A DNA stretch of 62,508 bases, filler included, from Klebsormidium nitens (lineage: Eukaryota; Plantae; Klebsormidiophyceae): NCBI GenBank assembly GCA_000708835.1. It is 4 parts of 4 records of this genome, joined end to end, with 100 filler letters (N's around TTAATTAATTAA, not from the genome) between each part and the next. Parts side by side here need not be neighbours in the genome. Positions count along the whole stretch, not along the records: positions 7,968 to 33,417 come from DF237838.1; 3 more parts are not named here. One strand, given 5' to 3'. Below the pieces are notes generated by a model. It saw nothing but the letters and a program-made list of their open reading frames with translations, did no database searches and had not been told where the DNA came from. This document shows positions 12,401 through 26,700 of the stretch, one piece after another. Each line of letters begins with the position of its first letter. The stretch's first letter is position 1. The translations under genes and the position numbers were made by a program.

Positions 12401-14330
12401 GGGTCCGTTGAGGTGATGATGATGGGGTCGATTGGGTGTTGGGTCGAGTTTTATGATCATATGGGTTTATGCGAAGATTTGAAATCGTCTGCAAATGTCG
12501 GGCTCAAGTTCAATCATCAAAGTCGTGACTTTCTTTGATACACGTGCCTATTGCACCTTTCAGATTTGTTTGTGACTCTTTCTAGCTCTAAATTGTTGGG
12601 GTTATGTAAAAGGACTTTTGTTGGAGCTGCCAAGTTATGTACCACAAAGTAGAAAGGCGAGCAATTTGCTTGATCAGTGGTGGGGGTCAGTTTCAGGAGG
12701 AAGCAAACGGATGTTGATTCTGAGGTATTCCTCGTCGCTAGAAAGGTGAAGCATGCTCACATGGACAATAGAGAGGCGGCTGCGAATTTTGGAGCATTAT
12801 CTCGTCCAGATTCCCAACATCATGGGTTGCACAACTTTTCGACAATTGTAGAAGCGAATCTCTCCGCTTGACGGTTGCACAAGTTGGTTCAAGATGCATC
12901 GCTCCTCATACCATGATGTCAAGTTGAGTACGTGCTTTGGCATGCCACAGCCATGCGAGCCATAGGATTGGAATTCAGAGAACCATGGTGGCTCGGTATG
13001 TCATCCAGCCTTTCCGAACTTCGAATCAACTCGAAATGAAACAAGGACCCTTTATGGTAAGTTCTATGAAAGACATATCTCCATTCATGTGGTCACGATT
13101 GAAAGATTGCCGGCCATCTGCGTGACGGCACGCGCTTAAATTGCATACGGGCTTTTGCAGTGTACATTTCATCGGAATCAAAGGCTTGCGGGCCTGTATA
13201 TTGTGGTTAAAGGTAACTTACGGTTGATCAATGACATTCTCATGATGCGCGTCACTGCATTCTATGTCCTGCATTGCGCGTCCAAGCCACGCTGTGAAGG
13301 ATCAGTTCGATCAGACAGCTAGCACATATATGTCAATCCGCTGCCCATGTATACACTGATCGAATTCTGGAAGGGCGTTGCCTCCATGACACACATGGCC
13401 GCCTGATTGCATACAGCTTTGCTCGGATCGGCCTTTATACTATATGCAACTTGATTGAACGTAGCCGCGCGCGGCCCGGAGAGCTATAGTCGATACCAAT
13501 GCATGGTTGCCAGAACTTATAGATCGAGTGAATGTACAACAACGATACGTATACTAACATGTATGATGGCAGGCAATGTAAACGTTAAACTACACAGAAA
13601 GAACTTGAAGTGTGTATATTAAAAGTAGTAAGGTTGAACGCGCCACCACGCACCAACCATCATTCAAATTACATCATTGAAACATTGTATTGTCATGGAA
13701 GCCTAGCTATGGCCCATGTGTGGCTACGGTGTTTTCAAGTTTGAAAAGATAATATCATATACAGGCTCTTGCCCGGCCCCCCTGATCACTACCATTCGTT
13801 TCGATTGGGAATACTGTGTTTCTTTTTTGAAAATCAAAACTCGAGTACTACTCGTTAGATGCAGCCATCCTCTAATATAAAGAACCTCTCAAGGCAACTC
13901 GATGCATGACTCGCCAAAATTCCTTCAAATATCCAGCATGGCAATGTATCCTAACCATGCACGCAAAGAAATGCTAAAGGACGTGGCCCTAGCGAGTCGT
14001 TAACCCTTATCAAACGTCGTTCTTCAATTTACAATACACGACTACATCTCATCGTACAAATCTATCCTTGTTCTAATTGTTGTTACAACCAGATGTTGTA
14101 AGGATGTGAGCACGCAACTCACGTTCTTCTGCAAGCATCTCAGAACCTCCGTCAATCTTCCTTCCCAATTGGTTATCTTTTGGAGGTTGCTAATGTGCAA
14201 CCTCGCCTGCTTAAAGTTGTTGGTCACTGATCTAGTTTTACATGTGCTTGTGCAGCTCCACCACCTTTATGGTCACCCTCAGTATGTACAAAACCTGCCC
14301 CGTTGAGCTAAGACAGAGTGCCTTGATCTC

Positions 14331-15472
14331 TCACCAATTCTCTTTCATCATCCTAGCTTTCTCTATGATATACTTTCCCTCTTTATACTTCTGACTTTCG
14401 TCGTACGCTTGTTCCTGTACAAAGGTGATTGACTGTCAACTCCAGAGGCAAGGATAGGGCTAGGGAGGAAAGAATAAACAGAACCCAAACCTGTCGATTG
14501 CCATATGCGTCCGCTGAAGCAAAAGCATCGTTCTCCCTTACTGAATTGCCAAATTGCCTTAGCCTAGTGAGAAAGGAAAGACTTCTGTTCAAACCACCAC
14601 GAATTCCAATTCTTGGTCATGTGAACTCCAGACATTGGCCATCTGCAAACACTTACATACTTCCAGCCCAATATTTGCTGGCAGCAGCTGCAGTAGATGT
14701 CCGCTACAGTGTGTAGGCCAGTAGTCAAGTGGCGGTCTTCTTTAGGACCAAGAGTCACGTTAACACTGTAAGCGGAGGAGAAACTTTCAGAATAGCTGGA
14801 CTGAACCCCGTGCCTTAGACATGTGTCGGTGTAATATGCACCTGCGGGACTTCCACAAATACAGACCAGCTCCAAAAACCACTTTTTCAAATCAAATTCT
14901 GAATGTGCACACAATGGCAGCTGAATGTACAAGCAGCCTATCCTTGCAGATGCTTCACTCACACATATGCAAGCGACAACACTCCCTGCTAGCGCAATCC
15001 GCAAACTTTGAAAGTGAATGCCCACAGAGGCGTAAGCCACGGCAAGTGGTGGGTCTTTGCTTGCAATCTCATGTGGTGGAACCCTTCCAGCTGAGGTGTG
15101 AAATGCAAGGAAATTCATAAGGCAACACTGGAGCCACAACTGCTCTCTGTCTTATGGCAGATGAGTTGCACAGAAAACCTTTGCCCAGAACAAGTAGCAA
15201 CAGTTTCCCGTCTGCACCTTTTATGGTGCTGCTAAGGGACTTCGCTGACAGATAACAATGCGGGTTGGCTGAAAATGTTGATGCAGGTTTCCTGCTTGGA
15301 AGGCAACCGGAAGAAGGGAGACAGCTCACACGGAGTTGAAGAGGTATGCACGGCCATAGCGGCCCTGAAACTGCTTCGAGATGATCTCATCATGGTCAGC
15401 TGAGTGGCACCTGCAGTTGCTGCATGAATAAATCCTCGGGCCATTCAGATACTGTCGGAATATGCGCCCCAT
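14331..15472 (-). CDS. YPEL: Yippee-like (YPEL/Mis18 zinc-binding) protein, 111 aa; exons 15472-15330, 14765-14657, 14414-14331
   Basis: The spliced product is [111 protein letters not shown]. It has two CxxC pairs, canonical GT-AG introns, and exon lengths 143+109+84 = 336 nt in frame. Confidence 0.95.
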
Positions 15473-17760
15473 GTCTATGGGCAGCTCTCCCACCAGCAGA
15501 ACCTGCGTGTAACAACGAAGAAGAAGGTCAGGAAAGACAAAACCCTAGATGACAACAAGTGAAACAGAACACTAGGAGGCAGCTCAAGCAAACACAGCAA
15601 AGCAGTATGAGTTGAAAGCTTGACATCAACTGGACACATTGCATGCAGATACATACAAAGGTATGGAAATAGCAACAGAGGCACAATTTCACTCCCACTT
15701 CTGGACTTACTTGCAAGCTTCCTGTGTTTGCTAGCCTAGATACGCCCACTGCCTTCGTACATACACTCTTGAAAGGGCCATCAAAAAGTCTTGGCTCTCA
15801 CTGAGAAATCAACAACTTGCACGTCAAAAACCTTTCGCAAACGGACGCGCTTCTTGGACACAAGTCTACTTAAGGAGGGGGGCAAAACCAGATTGGAAGA
15901 AACCTCAGACAGCTTCAGCTGCTCAGAGGAAGAAGGAAAGTGGGGCGTAATCCTGTCGTGGGTAGCAAATTGCTAAAGCCGCAGCGGCTCAAAGGAACTC
16001 GGACTTCAGGCCCAGGGGGTGTGGCGCAGCGCCATTGGCAGGAATGACTCGGACTACCTAGAGCGGCGGAAGGAACGTGCCCCTCCATCTCCAGGTAAGA
16101 GGGCGGTTGTGTTCATTGGCTCCATCAAGCTGCGCGCGCTGCGCACCGCAGAACAGGTCTTAAATCTGCAGGTGGGGGGTCAAAGAGTCCGCTCTTCAAA
16201 CTAGGACGTTGTGGCGGGGGACCAGACTGTCGCATATATTTTTCCACCCTATCTACCAGGGGGTACTGACCCGATAGGCGCGATACCGTACCCAGCTCTG
16301 CTCGGAGTCTACCCAACGTACTGAACCTATAGCTTCCAGCCAACAGGTTCATCAAACCGGCTAACCCCCTGGTGAATGTTCAACTGTTTTATGCGACCCC
16401 TGAAAGCACTCAACGCGGCCCCAACCCCCTGGGCAAAGAAATTCTATGCAACTTGAAAGCGACCGCTTACTATTCCAAAAGCATATCTTGGTCGCTTAAA
16501 ACAAAGATGCAAACGGGAGGCCCTTGGACCGTCGGATTCACCAAGACGGGGTTCACCGTCTGGATTGTCTGATCAATATGTACCGTATTCACAGGTCACC
16601 CCCGGCCTGAGCTAAGATCCGAGTCTCCCGGGCACTCAAACTGAAAACCCTAACCCAATACTTTACGGGCTCCGCACCCGAACCCATCCTATTAACCACC
16701 AAACCAACCCCACTCGGCTCCCGGGCGCTATCTTAGTTCAAGCGCCCCTAGTTAGGTCAAGCGAACGTTGCCACTGCCAGAGTCCCGGCCCCCGGGCCGG
16801 GCCGGGACTCGGGAGGTCGGATGTCGAGCGGTCCTTGGTATGGTAAGGCCTAGCCGGCCCGGTCCTCGGTAGGTGCTTGCCGGAGAAAGACTGGGCGGGG
16901 TATAGAAGAATGTGGTGTACGATGGTGGGCCGTCCGATGCTATCGGTATTCGTACCTTAACGGCTCAGGATTGATACCAAGATACACCTGTTCCCCCGGA
17001 CCAACTTTATGGAGGTCCCGGGGACCGAAAGGTGGGCGGGTCAAGAAGCACCTAGCGGTCGCGTAGCCGCTACGGTAGCGGGATAAAATTAGCATGCCGG
17101 TACAGCAACGAATCTTTGTCCTGCTACCGGTCCAAGGTCCCGGCCGACCCAAAAGCATTCCCGATCTCTCTCGTCCACCCCCCTAGTTTTCGCCTGGGCT
17201 CATCTCGCATTACCTATCTGGCCTGTTCACACAGAATCCGCGTCAGAAATGGGCTGCTTTGCGGACGGTTGCAATCTTCCAAACGGCTCTTTTTGCCATC
17301 GAGAAGCGGCTTGGAAATGTGGCTCGGGGATTTCTACCGGTCTTTGAAGAGTATGAATCGACTTCTTCAAAGCACCGGACTCCCTGCCAATTGCCTTTAA
17401 CCGGGTGTGCAAGAGCTTTCGATTCTGCACTAGGCCCCACGCAGCATTGCGGACCGAGGCGTCCGAGTCACCCTGTTGTTGACCATTCTTGACCTAGGAG
17501 AACAGCCCGAACGTGGAGACAAGCTGTGCGGACTGCCACCTCAGATTGCGCTTTGCATTGCTTCCGACAATCTAGCTAAACACCGGATCTGGGAAGGAAG
17601 GGCGCTTTTGGAGCAGCCACTTTTGGAATGCTTTCAGGACGCAGCAGTGGTTGGCATTCCACCATGGTGATGCAAATGTGTTGAAGGTGAACAGGGCGTT
17701 TTGAGGAGCTCTCAAAAGGTGTGCGTCTGTTCCTCAGTGGGGCCTTTCCGCCCCATAGAA

Positions 17761-20700
17761 ATGGAGAACGACGACATTCACTACCATCGAGGTGGGGTCG
17801 TGGGACCCTCCTCGCAGGACGCGCTTGGTGTGAATGGTCTCATCTCCAGCTCTGCAGAATGGAGGGAGGGCGAGCTGCGCGCTACCCCCACGAGGGGTTC
17901 TCGGGAAGGGGAGCTGCGGACCCCCCCTCGGCATCTTATCATCCCAGGGCACCAAAGAATGGACAGCTCAGCGAGCGAGGTTAGCTTGGAGGAGGGCCGG
18001 GATCTGCACCACGACGGGGGTGACCTGAGCATGGGCATTGCGAGTTCGAGTTCCAGCGGGAGCTCTCTGGAGAACCAACTGGTCACGGGGTCCACCATGA
18101 AGAAGGAGTTTAAGATCAAGGTGTCCCCCATGAGAATGGTGAGTTCCTTTGTTCCCAAACGCCTTTTGCGGTGTTGCCCTAAATCTGTCGGGTGTTCTGG
18201 TTACGTTCGTGGATCTGGGGAGGTGTGTGCAGAGCAAAGGCTCTTTTGTAACGTGTCATCTTCTGGATCTGGTATTTGGAAAAGGTCAGGTGCACAGCGG
18301 AGAATCTTTTCCAAGCGTGGCAAGGCTGACTTTGTGTTTGTTGGTGTTGGTGTCCAATAGAAGGGGCATTGCTTTGTGTTTTGCCCAAATAAGCCCTTCC
18401 CACCTTTTCACAACACCACTGTTCCTTGCTTTTGGTTGGTTGCCAGTTAGCCGTGACTCCAGTTTCCTGTTGTGACTAGAAAGCGAAGCTGCCCCAAAGA
18501 CCACAGAATATCCTTTGCTCAAGAGGGTCCATCTGAGCACTGTGTGCCTCCTTTGCTCAAGAGGGTTAATGGTGCCAAACTTTCTCTTCCAATTCAGTGT
18601 TGTTTGCATGGCATGTTCACAAGGGCATAATCAGAAGGGCACAAGTTTGGAGGACACGGATCATTGCAGTCGACATCTCAAGCTGTGTCCGAGGGGGCGT
18701 AAATAGGAAGTCCTGCGGGCTCTCCTATAAGCATAGTGTGTTAAAGCAGTCGACGCATAGTTGACAGCTGTTGACAGTTGGCAGTTTTGCACGAGCAACC
18801 ATGTTCCTGAGATTTTGCGTATAGACTCCATTTCTTTGCACCAATGCTGGCGCTTGCAGTGCCCTGTTCAAGACAAGGTGGCATGTCGGGACCGCCCCTG
18901 TGGAAAGTAGATATAGCACTCTGCATGGATGCCAGCTGTCAGGCGAAGCACATTTTGCATGTTGTAGTGCCAGGCTGTTTGCAGCAGGCCCTCGCCCCTG
19001 TAGGAGGACGCCCTTGAATTTCCACATTTCTGGTGTTTTTGCCAACACAGGAGGTCTTGAAAGTCAGATTGATCAAGGGGCAGAAGTTTCAAAACTAAAT
19101 GTGACCTCGAGTGCTCAAACTTGTTAGAAGGCCGTTATTCTGGAGGATTCCACACTGTCAACAGAATGCTATCTAATTCCTTTCCAGTTGTGACCACCCT
19201 TCAGGTCAAACTGTGGATCTGTTTAATGTACACCCTTTCCATCAAGCTAGCTCCTTACGTAGCCGTCTGTGGAAGCTAGTTTTTCTCTTTTTTGAACCCT
19301 GCTCCTGTTTGCAGCAGTCTATATTGCAGGACTCTTGGCCCACGGCTCATTCTGCTCTCTTCCATTTTGGCAAAGCGGGCCGTTGAAATACGAGGGGCTT
19401 TTCATCTCAAAAGCATCCATAGGACAAACGGCGCATTCAGAATGGTATCCTGAGTGTCTCCGGCCCCTTTTTGCAGCACCACTATGGCAGCGACAGCGAC
19501 CTGGGGGAGCGGCCCTTGGTATGCGAGATTTGCGACACGCAGGTCGGGCTGGACCTCGACGGCAACGAGTTTGTGCCATGCGAGTGCGCATTTCCGATCT
19601 GCCGCAAATGCTATGAGTACATCCGAGAGCATGACGGCGGGAACTGCCCCCAGTGCAAGGAGCGCTACAAGCGGATGGCAGGTGGGTGTTCCGCTTTCGT
19701 TTGGTCCATCGGTGGAATCGTATGGGCTTCAGGGCCTAGGAAGAGTGGGGGGGCCAAGTCTTTCGATATGCAATCTCCAAGGAACCCTGGAGTGACCCTG
19801 GAATGACATGTGGTGTGGGCTGCAAACGGTCGTCAGGCTATTGTTACTGGGCGATTGAGGCTCAGCGTGTGCTTTGCCACTCCGTAAGTGACAAGCTTTC
19901 CCAAAAGCCCGGGTTCAGGCTTGGTTGCAAATGGAAACCAGACACTGCCCGAGATTTGTTGTGCAACTGACCCTAGATTGTGCTCATTGATCAACTAGCA
20001 CACGGGAAAGTTAGGTGATTTGCTGCTGATACGCAGCAGTGACGGAGTGTCAGAAAACCAGTGCGGAAGTTGGCCTTTTGAATATTCCTCCAGCATTTGC
20101 ATCGTGGTCTTATTTCTGGGAAAGGCAGTCAGTGTCGTTCGCTCACTTCATCACAATCGATCTCTTAGCGAATGCACACAATGGTAAATGTTTGGGAGGG
20201 GGGGCAGACGTGTCATTGCGAAGTCAGCCTGACATCAGCATGACGGTTGTCAGACCAGCCTTCCTGTGCTTTCGCCGTCGGTGTGTCACATCAAGTCGTT
20301 CCCCAGCAATGATTGAGAAGACCAGGGACATGTTTGGCTCCAATTTCAAGGCTACTAGCAGGCTTTTTTTGACACGGCAGACAGTCCCTGGCAATGATCA
20401 CCCCCCTGACTGCTGCAACCACCGCCCTGACAATGACTGCTTCCCTTAGGAGGAAACGTAATTCCCATCTGAAGACTTCAGTGCCTTCTGATAGCACCTA
20501 CCACGTGTAAATCGTGTCTATCGTATGTAAACCAATTGCCGCCCCTTCCGTTTCCATTTCAGGGAGCCCCCTTATGCCGTGGGACATGGAGGATGAGACC
20601 GCGTCCGATGGGGAGGATGAGGACGGATTCCAGCAGACGCCACTGCTGCCGCGCTACGGGGGGAACTCACTCGAGGGCCCTCCGTCAGTCAAGCTACTGG

Positions 20701-23700
20701 TAAGGCCCCCTGTGGAGAGCCCTCTACCTTTTGCTGTAGTGCTGCTTTTGCGGGATAAAGTAAGTTAGTGATTGGGAACTATCGGGAGGGATCGTTGGTC
20801 TGTTGGGAGATGAGGGGGAGCAGCTTTTCGTCTTGTCCCTTTGAAGAATGTGCAACTGCCACCAGGGCATCTAACCCAACAGCACTCCTGTCCCAGGAGA
20901 TTTGACTGTAGGTTAGGGAGGACCAGTGATCATATTGTGTCAGTGCATCTCGTTGGATCTGTTCATAACAAGGAGAGTCGGTGCTTCGTGGTTCCGCTAC
21001 AAACCGGTCGGCCTGGATTACATGGATTCACAGGGTTGTGTTGCTACCTGGGGAAGATCTGAGCAGCAGAGTTGCAAGAACTTCCCAGACTCCTTAGCGC
21101 TGCGAACACTTCTGAACTTCTACGGGGAAGTGTGTGCACTCTCAGCATGCATGTAGGACCGTGCGAATGCCAAGCGTTTGGGCTCTTGAAGTTGTCTGTA
21201 ACCAAGTCATAGGCATGATGAACCAGGGATGCTTTGCATCTCACAGATGGCTGGTGATAGACCAAACAAGATGGCCACAGTTGATGCCCATAACCGCTGC
21301 AAATCTTTTAGAGGGTATGTGAGTCTCTTTTCTTTGGTCCGGGGCAGTTTACATCTCCTGAGATTGTAATTGTGGTGCTGTTTTGCAGAAGAATGAGAGC
21401 TCGGGGGTTCACGACTCCCAGGTGGTCGTGCGCGTGAATGCTGAGGACATAGAAGGTAAGACCATCTTGTCTTCTTGCCATCTTTTTTCCAGGAGCATTG
21501 TGTTAAGGTATTTGGCAGATACTTTGAGGACTGCCTAAAAGCTGTCTGGTCAAGCATGGGTGGCGCTGAAGTGGTTTCGTGCGTTGTTCCTTTTGTGAAA
21601 GCGGCTCTAGTTCACCCTGACAAGCTTGAGGAGCAGTTTGGCATGGGTGTTCTCCAGACGAGGTCAACAAAAAACCTGCGACAGGCAGCCTCTCATCGCA
21701 CCTGACACTTTTTTATTTTAAGGACAATTCAAATAGAAAGGAAAGACTCGATATATCTCCTTCCGTTTTCCAGACCCCGACGAGCTCGAGAAGAACTACG
21801 GCATGGGCAGCATTGTGTGGACCCCCGCGCTGCAGCGCATCAACAGCCCTGGGGATGAGTACGCAAAAGTACAGGGCGATGAGAAGGCCAAGTCGCTGTC
21901 GCGCAAGGTGCCCATCAAGTGGCGCCTCCTCAACCCCTACAGGTGAGAACCCAGATAACCTGATCTTCAAAGGTTGCTAAGAGAAGAGGTAGTAGAATGC
22001 CCGTCAACTGGCCTCCTCGACAGTAGGACCTTGTTTGACGAGGTCAGTTAGCAAGGTTGGTAAGGGGGTAACCAAGCGCAGAAAGTTGGTAGGAAGAGTG
22101 TTTGACAAGTGCTAGGAGATTGGTCGGCAAGGTTGGTGGGCCTACAGAGTCTGGTTGAGAAAGTTGGCAGGGAGAGGATGACCAGGGTGCTTCTTTTAAC
22201 CCTCACACTTGAGGAAGTGGCTACAGAGGTTAGCAGAATCGGTTACAAAGTCGGGAACGGATCAGTCAGCAAGGTAGAGGGAGAGGTTGCACTGGTTAAG
22301 AAATGGTTTGGATAGAGAGCAGGAACTATTTGTTGGCGTCTCTAATGTCCTGTACATTGACTAGCGCATCTGTCTTGCTTTCCCCCGTTCGCTGGATGAG
22401 TGTGGTCAACGAGCCTTCCATATTGAAGCTCATTCTTTTCTACTTTTTGGCGGAGAGCTAATCCAATCGCTTGTTTCTGCAGGGCGCTCGTAGTCGTGCG
22501 ATTTGCGGTCATGCTCCTGTTTCTGACGTGGCGGGTGCGCACCCCCAACAACAGCGCCTACTGGCTGTGGCTCACGTCCGTCGTGTGCGAGATCTGGTTC
22601 GCTGTCTCCTGGCTCTTCGATCAGGTGAGCGCTTTAGCAGAGGCTTGTTTCACTTTTTTAGAAAAGTTCCAGGGTTTCTGTCGGCTGTGGTTCGTCGTCT
22701 GCTCAAGCTGTGGCACGAAATGTCGGGAGATGGCAGCAGCTTGTGTGGATGGAAACTCTTCATGAGCTAATTTGGGGAGGTGATTTGTGAAAGGGTTTGC
22801 TTCTTTGGCCCCATGCTCCGCCAAACCGTTTTCAAACATCCTCCGAATCCACGAGTGATCTTTGTCACAACCCGCCTTTCCTGCCACAGACCGGCGCACA
22901 TCCCACCGGAAAAAAGGGTTCTGGAAATCCTTCCAACCTCATCTCTTCTGCAGGCTTAGAAGTGGTTCCTTCTGACTTTGTGTATTTTTGACAAGTGTCC
23001 TGATGGGCAATACCCTTCCTCCTGCAGGCCCAAAAGTGGTCCCCCATCACGCGCGAGACGTACCTGGACCGCCTCGAGCTCAAGTACGACCACATGGGCG
23101 AGGCGTCTGAGCTGGCGGGTGTCGACGTGTTCGTCAGTACCGCTGATCCCGAGAAGGAGCCCCCCCTCGTGACGGCGAACGTCATCCTGTCAGTGCTGGC
23201 AGCGGACTACCCAACGGACAAGTAAGCACATGTCTGGAGAGTTTTGCCGGGTCAGAGTTTATGTCTTAGCAGGTCCCAAGGTTGACTTGAGAATCGGTTA
23301 GCGACTGGACCATGCTGTGAGAGGCGCTGCGGAGAATCTTGGAATCCGAAGTGGAAGACAAGAACGTCTGTAAGGCCTATGAGCACTTTCTCTGATTGTC
23401 GTTGTATGGTCCGCTTGGTTTGGATTTTCATCGCCTGGATAAGCTGCTTGGATCCATCTCGCTTGTAGCCACGTGTTGTAAAAGTGTGGCTATCTCCCAT
23501 GCTTGTTCTCGATCACGTTTTCCCTCTGCTGACTGAGCCCGCGGTATCTCCCGCGCAGGATCGCGTGCTACTTGTCTGACGACGGCGGTGCCCTGCTGAC
23601 GTACGAGGCCCTCCACGAGACGTCCTGCTTTGCGCGCCACTGGGTGCCCTTCTGCAAGAAGTTCGAGATTGAGCCGCGCGCTCCCGAGATGTACTTCGGA

Positions 23701-26700
23701 GAGGTAAAAAAACGATATCCGGTCCACTTACGCCTGCCGCCTGCTGTTGAGTACAGCCCTTCGCTTTTCTCCGAGATAAAAAGCGTTCTTAGGGTGACTC
23801 GTTGTTTCAGGATTTAAGCTTGGTGGCTGGTGCGAGTTTATTATACGGTTCGCATAAGAGCTCCCTCGGACACTAGCCTCTTTTTGATTATGTTGACAAG
23901 GTATGACGTCATTCTGGATGCTATGCTCGTCTTGGGCTTGTTTTGAAGCCTCTCGACTCTGTTCTTGCAGAAGGGGGACTACTTGAAGGGACAGATCAAG
24001 CAGGAGTTCGTCAAGGAGCGGCGCTCAATGAAGGTGAGCAACACTACAACGCTACGTTTTGACCATCTCCAAAGCGCAACCATCCTTGCTGCTCTCAGAC
24101 TGTAAGCAGAGTCTTCTTTGATTCTACCTGTGCTACGTATTCCTCAAGCCCGCTCGCCTGAGTAATTTGCTGCATAAACGGACTCATAAGAAAACGAATA
24201 GTTTGTCTTTTGCAAAGTGTGCAGATGTTAGCCCCAAGTCATCTGCAAGCAAAGCTGCCCACTTTGCCCGAACCCGCTAGCATGCTCAATGAAGCTTCAC
24301 TAGCCATCATAAGTACGCAAAGCCAGTCGGCCGTCTGACAGCATTCGCGCCAATCTCGAGCCATTCCCTAACCCGCACACTCTCTTAAACCGTTTCTATT
24401 TGCAGCGGCTGTATGAGGAGTTCAAGGTGCGCATCAACGCCCTTGTGGCTAAGGCGCAGAACCGCCCCCGCGACGGCTGGACCATGGCGGACGGCTCCCC
24501 CTGGCCGGGCAACAAGCGCAGCGACCACGAGTCGATGATCCAGGTGAGCACAGGACGGACTTTGTTTATTTTGTCAAGTTCCCTCCGTTTCCTTACCTTT
24601 GTTTGGACTTTGAACAATTTTTTGCTCCGCAGTGTCCTTCATTTCTGGTTGTGTGCTGCCGGAGGGGATTCACGTCTTGTACAGCAACTTCCTGGATGTA
24701 CAGAATCCATACCGAGCCCACTGCCGAACACTTCTTCACTCCTTCCCCCCCTCTTTTCCACCCTAAAAGTTGCCCCCCTTTCGCTTTCAGGTGCTGCTCC
24801 AGCCGGACAGCAACTTTCCGGACGTCCAAACGAACACTACTTCACTCCCCCCCCCCTTTTCCACCTTAAAACCTTACCCCCCATTGCTTTCAGGTGCTGC
24901 TCCAGCCGGACGGCAACTTCCCGGACGTCCAAATGAACAAGCTGCCGTGGCTCGTGTACGTTTCTCGTGAGAAGCGTCCGAAGCACAACCACAACAAGAA
25001 GGCCGGAGCCATGAACGCGCTCGTGCGCGCGTCGGGGGTCATCACGAACGCGCCGTACATCCTCAATCTGGATTGTGATCACTACGTCAACTACGCCAAG
25101 GCGTTCAAGGAGGTGAGGATGATTTGCCGTTGCAAAGTATCAAGTTAGATTGACTTTCATTCGAATTCATTCGACGTTTCAGCCGGTTTCCTCTTTGAAT
25201 TTTGTAGCATGCCGCTTTGGGTGCCTTTACATTTGACCTGATAGGGACCCACGTGTCAGGAAACGTCTGTTTACAACTTCTCTGCAGCAAAACAGGTTCC
25301 TGACATGACAAAAGGTTTCGGACGTCCACCCCTGTAGGAAGAAAATGGTCGGATTCCGTTGAGCAGAAAGCCAAGTTTTCAACCCTGAAAGCCGTCCAAA
25401 CCGCCGTCTGCATTGTTGCTTTTTCTCGTCCACATCTCAAACCGTCTCTGTATTCGCCCGCAGGCCATGTGCTTCATGATGGACCCGATCAAGGGCCCCG
25501 GCATCTGCTACGTTCAGTTCCCGCAGCGGTTCGACGGTATCGATACCAACGATCGGTACTCCAACCACAACACCGTTTTCTACGACATCAACATGAAGGG
25601 GCTGGATTCCATCCAGGGGCCAGTGTATGTCGGCACGGGGTGCTGCTTCAGAAGACAGGTGAGCGGAAGGGGAAGCGTTCAGCGCTCGGCGAGTTAGTCT
25701 CTTGTCAATTTTAGATCGCTCAGCTGATTATGATGGCGAACTGAAAAGGTTGTGAGGCTCCTGAATCCAGCATCTCCCGATCCACAAGAGCGAAGAGCTT
25801 GCACGAGAGGAAGGATACAAGTATGTACAGCGCGAAAAAGAAGTGGATGGACAAACGTGTCGGGGTTATTGCTTCAATCAGGAGTCAACTGCTCTCGTTA
25901 CTACTCGATCTCAACTGATTTGAAACTCACCCCCCTTGGCTTTGTTATTTCTGTACGAGCTGCTCAAAAGTGGGGTTAATCGCTCGTGAGGAAAAGCGAA
26001 GCCCAGCCATTTAAGAAGCAGCTCCTTCCAGCCGATTGTTCTGTCCTTCCTTACTCCTTCCAAGCTGACGTGATGCATACTCTCGTCTTTCCTCAGGCCC
26101 TGTACGGCTACGAGCCGCCCGCCAAGGCGCGCGACGCGCTGCGCGACGAGGAGAAGCAGACGGGCTTCTTCTCGTGGTGCTGCGGCCCGCGCAAGAGCAA
26201 GGGCGCCAACGGGAAGAAGGGCAAGAAGGGCGACGAGGACAGCGTCTCGGGGCACGAGCTCACAGACATGCAAGGTGTGTCGTCTGGTGGGTCGTCTGGG
26301 TTCGCTTCTATCGCAGTTGGTATGGAACAAGTGTCGTTCTGAGTGTTTGTGTAAGTTTTTTTTATTCTGGTTCGAACCAAAATCACCAAGCGAACTTATC
26401 TAGGTCTCACGTCTTTTGACATCTTTCTCCGCATCTCCGAAGCCTTCGAAGCTTCCAAAGCCTCGGACGCACATGCTTTGATTTTCTGGCTTCGGCTTAG
26501 TGCAGTGTACTGGTTGCATGAGAAGGCCTCGGCTCTGTGCCTTCGTTCGACCTGCCCGTCTGCTTTCAACCGATGTGGATTCCACGTAGTTCCGACGGAA
26601 TAAGTGCTTCATTGTAGACTGGCAACAAGCGAGAAATCGCTCCGCTTTTGCTTCTAACCTTCGATCTGGAATTAGTTCCCTGTACTGAATTTTCTCTCTT

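Noticed and set aside
12400-14300. Short ORFs between the SPR1-like and yippee genes
   Set aside because: They show no codon bias, motifs or consistent splice sites, and are treated as UTR or intergenic DNA.
16015-16090. tRNA-like start GGGGGTGTGGCGCAG
   Set aside because: There is no TTC T-loop and no pairing anticodon stem.
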